The position numbers and the translations under genes were made by a program. This document shows, in pieces, positions 63,131 to 64,000 of a stretch of 64,000 nt of DNA. Numbering within the stretch: position 1 is the stretch's first letter; the number at the start of each line of letters is the position of its first letter. Under the pieces are notes generated by a model. The model did no database searches, was not told where the DNA came from, and saw only the letters and a program-made list of their open reading frames with translations. This DNA is from Chiloscyllium plagiosum (Eukaryota): assembly GCF_004010195.1 (NCBI RefSeq), contig NC_057719.1, positions 69,564,401 through 69,628,400 of the forward strand, written 5' to 3'.

Positions 63131-63644
63131 GATTCTTTGGCAGGAAGTGCAGCAAAGGAATGCAAGTTTTTTTTTCATACCGAAAGGGAACTTGTTTTCA
63201 AATTCCAGGTGGAAGCTGAATGGATGCAAGTCGCAATGCAGATGAATATTATCCCACTGTACCTGGGAGCAAACAAGTGACACGCTATGAGTATTTGAAC
63301 TGTTCTTTCAAGGATGGCATAGAGCTAATGTAAAATGCATCCTTGGGTAGATAACCAACCAAGAGCACCCTGAAAATGTATCCATTTTTGCTATATTGCT
63401 ATTATATTTTTGAATATAATGATGCATTTGATTGGAATAAAAATATAACAGTTTGCAGCTCATTAGGAAAATGAAGCAGAACACAAACCAGCATGCAAAC
63501 TGATGCGCGAAGATTTGACATTGGAAGGGAGGTGAAGATGTCAGGTAAATGTGCTGGGAGTTCAAGTACTCACTAAAATTTTCATTACTATGCCATGTTC
63601 ACATTAGAAATGAATGAGCCAGGCAGTGGATGACCATGCTACCG

Positions 63645-64000
63645 GAGAATTGAATGTAAGTTTGCTCACTGAGCTGCAAGGTTCGTTTTCAGACATTTTG
63701 TCACCATACTAGGTAACATCATCAGTGAGCCTCCAGTGAAGTGCTGGTATTATGGCCTGCTTTCTATTTATGTGTTCAGTTTTCCTTGGGCGGGTGATGT
63801 CATTACCTGTGGTGATGTCATTTCCTGTGTTGATGGTGTCATGTCCTGTTCTTTTTCTCAGAGATCGATAGATGGGATCCAAATTGATGCGTTTGTTGAT
63901 AGTGTTCCGGTTGGAATGCCATGTTTCTAGGAATTCTCGTGCGTGTCTCTGTTTGGCTTGTCCTAGGATGGATGTATTGTCCCAGTCGAAGTGGTGTACT
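63645..64000 (-). mobile_element. Penelope 3' end (runs off the window)
   Basis: Minus strand FDWDNTSILGQAKQRHAREFLETWHSN..INKRI.LDPIY, with a decayed hammerhead at ~63690-63730. Confidence 0.88.

Noticed and set aside
63209..63280. Possible exon (ttccag|GTGGAAGCTG...)
   Set aside because: All frames stop quickly and I recognise no homology.

Overview
Eukaryotic, AT-rich, repeat-dense genomic DNA, almost certainly from an elasmobranch (shark): it carries HE1-type and Deu-domain tRNA SINEs plus abundant CR1/HER1-like LINEs. I could not identify any intact host protein-coding gene, tRNA, rRNA or CRISPR array; the window looks intergenic or intronic. The recognisable ORFs are broken pieces of transposable elements: many CR1 LINEs (one with its 5' end), Penelope-like elements (PLEs), a Gypsy gag-pro-pol relic, Harbinger transposase and Myb/SANT relics, ancient L2/Crack-like and RTE-like LINE relics, and hAT and Tc1/pogo MITEs. 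All five N-gaps fall inside young repeats. The most striking pattern is a population of very short PLE-derived inserts, the smallest 32 bp. They carry minimal hammerhead-ribozyme motifs, often fold back into hairpins, share a fixed end without a poly(A) tail, and are flanked by exact 10-16 bp target-site duplications (TSDs). There is also an unclassified ~840 bp element with ~165 bp inverted arms, and several multi-layer nested insertions. All family assignments come from recalled motifs, not database searches.
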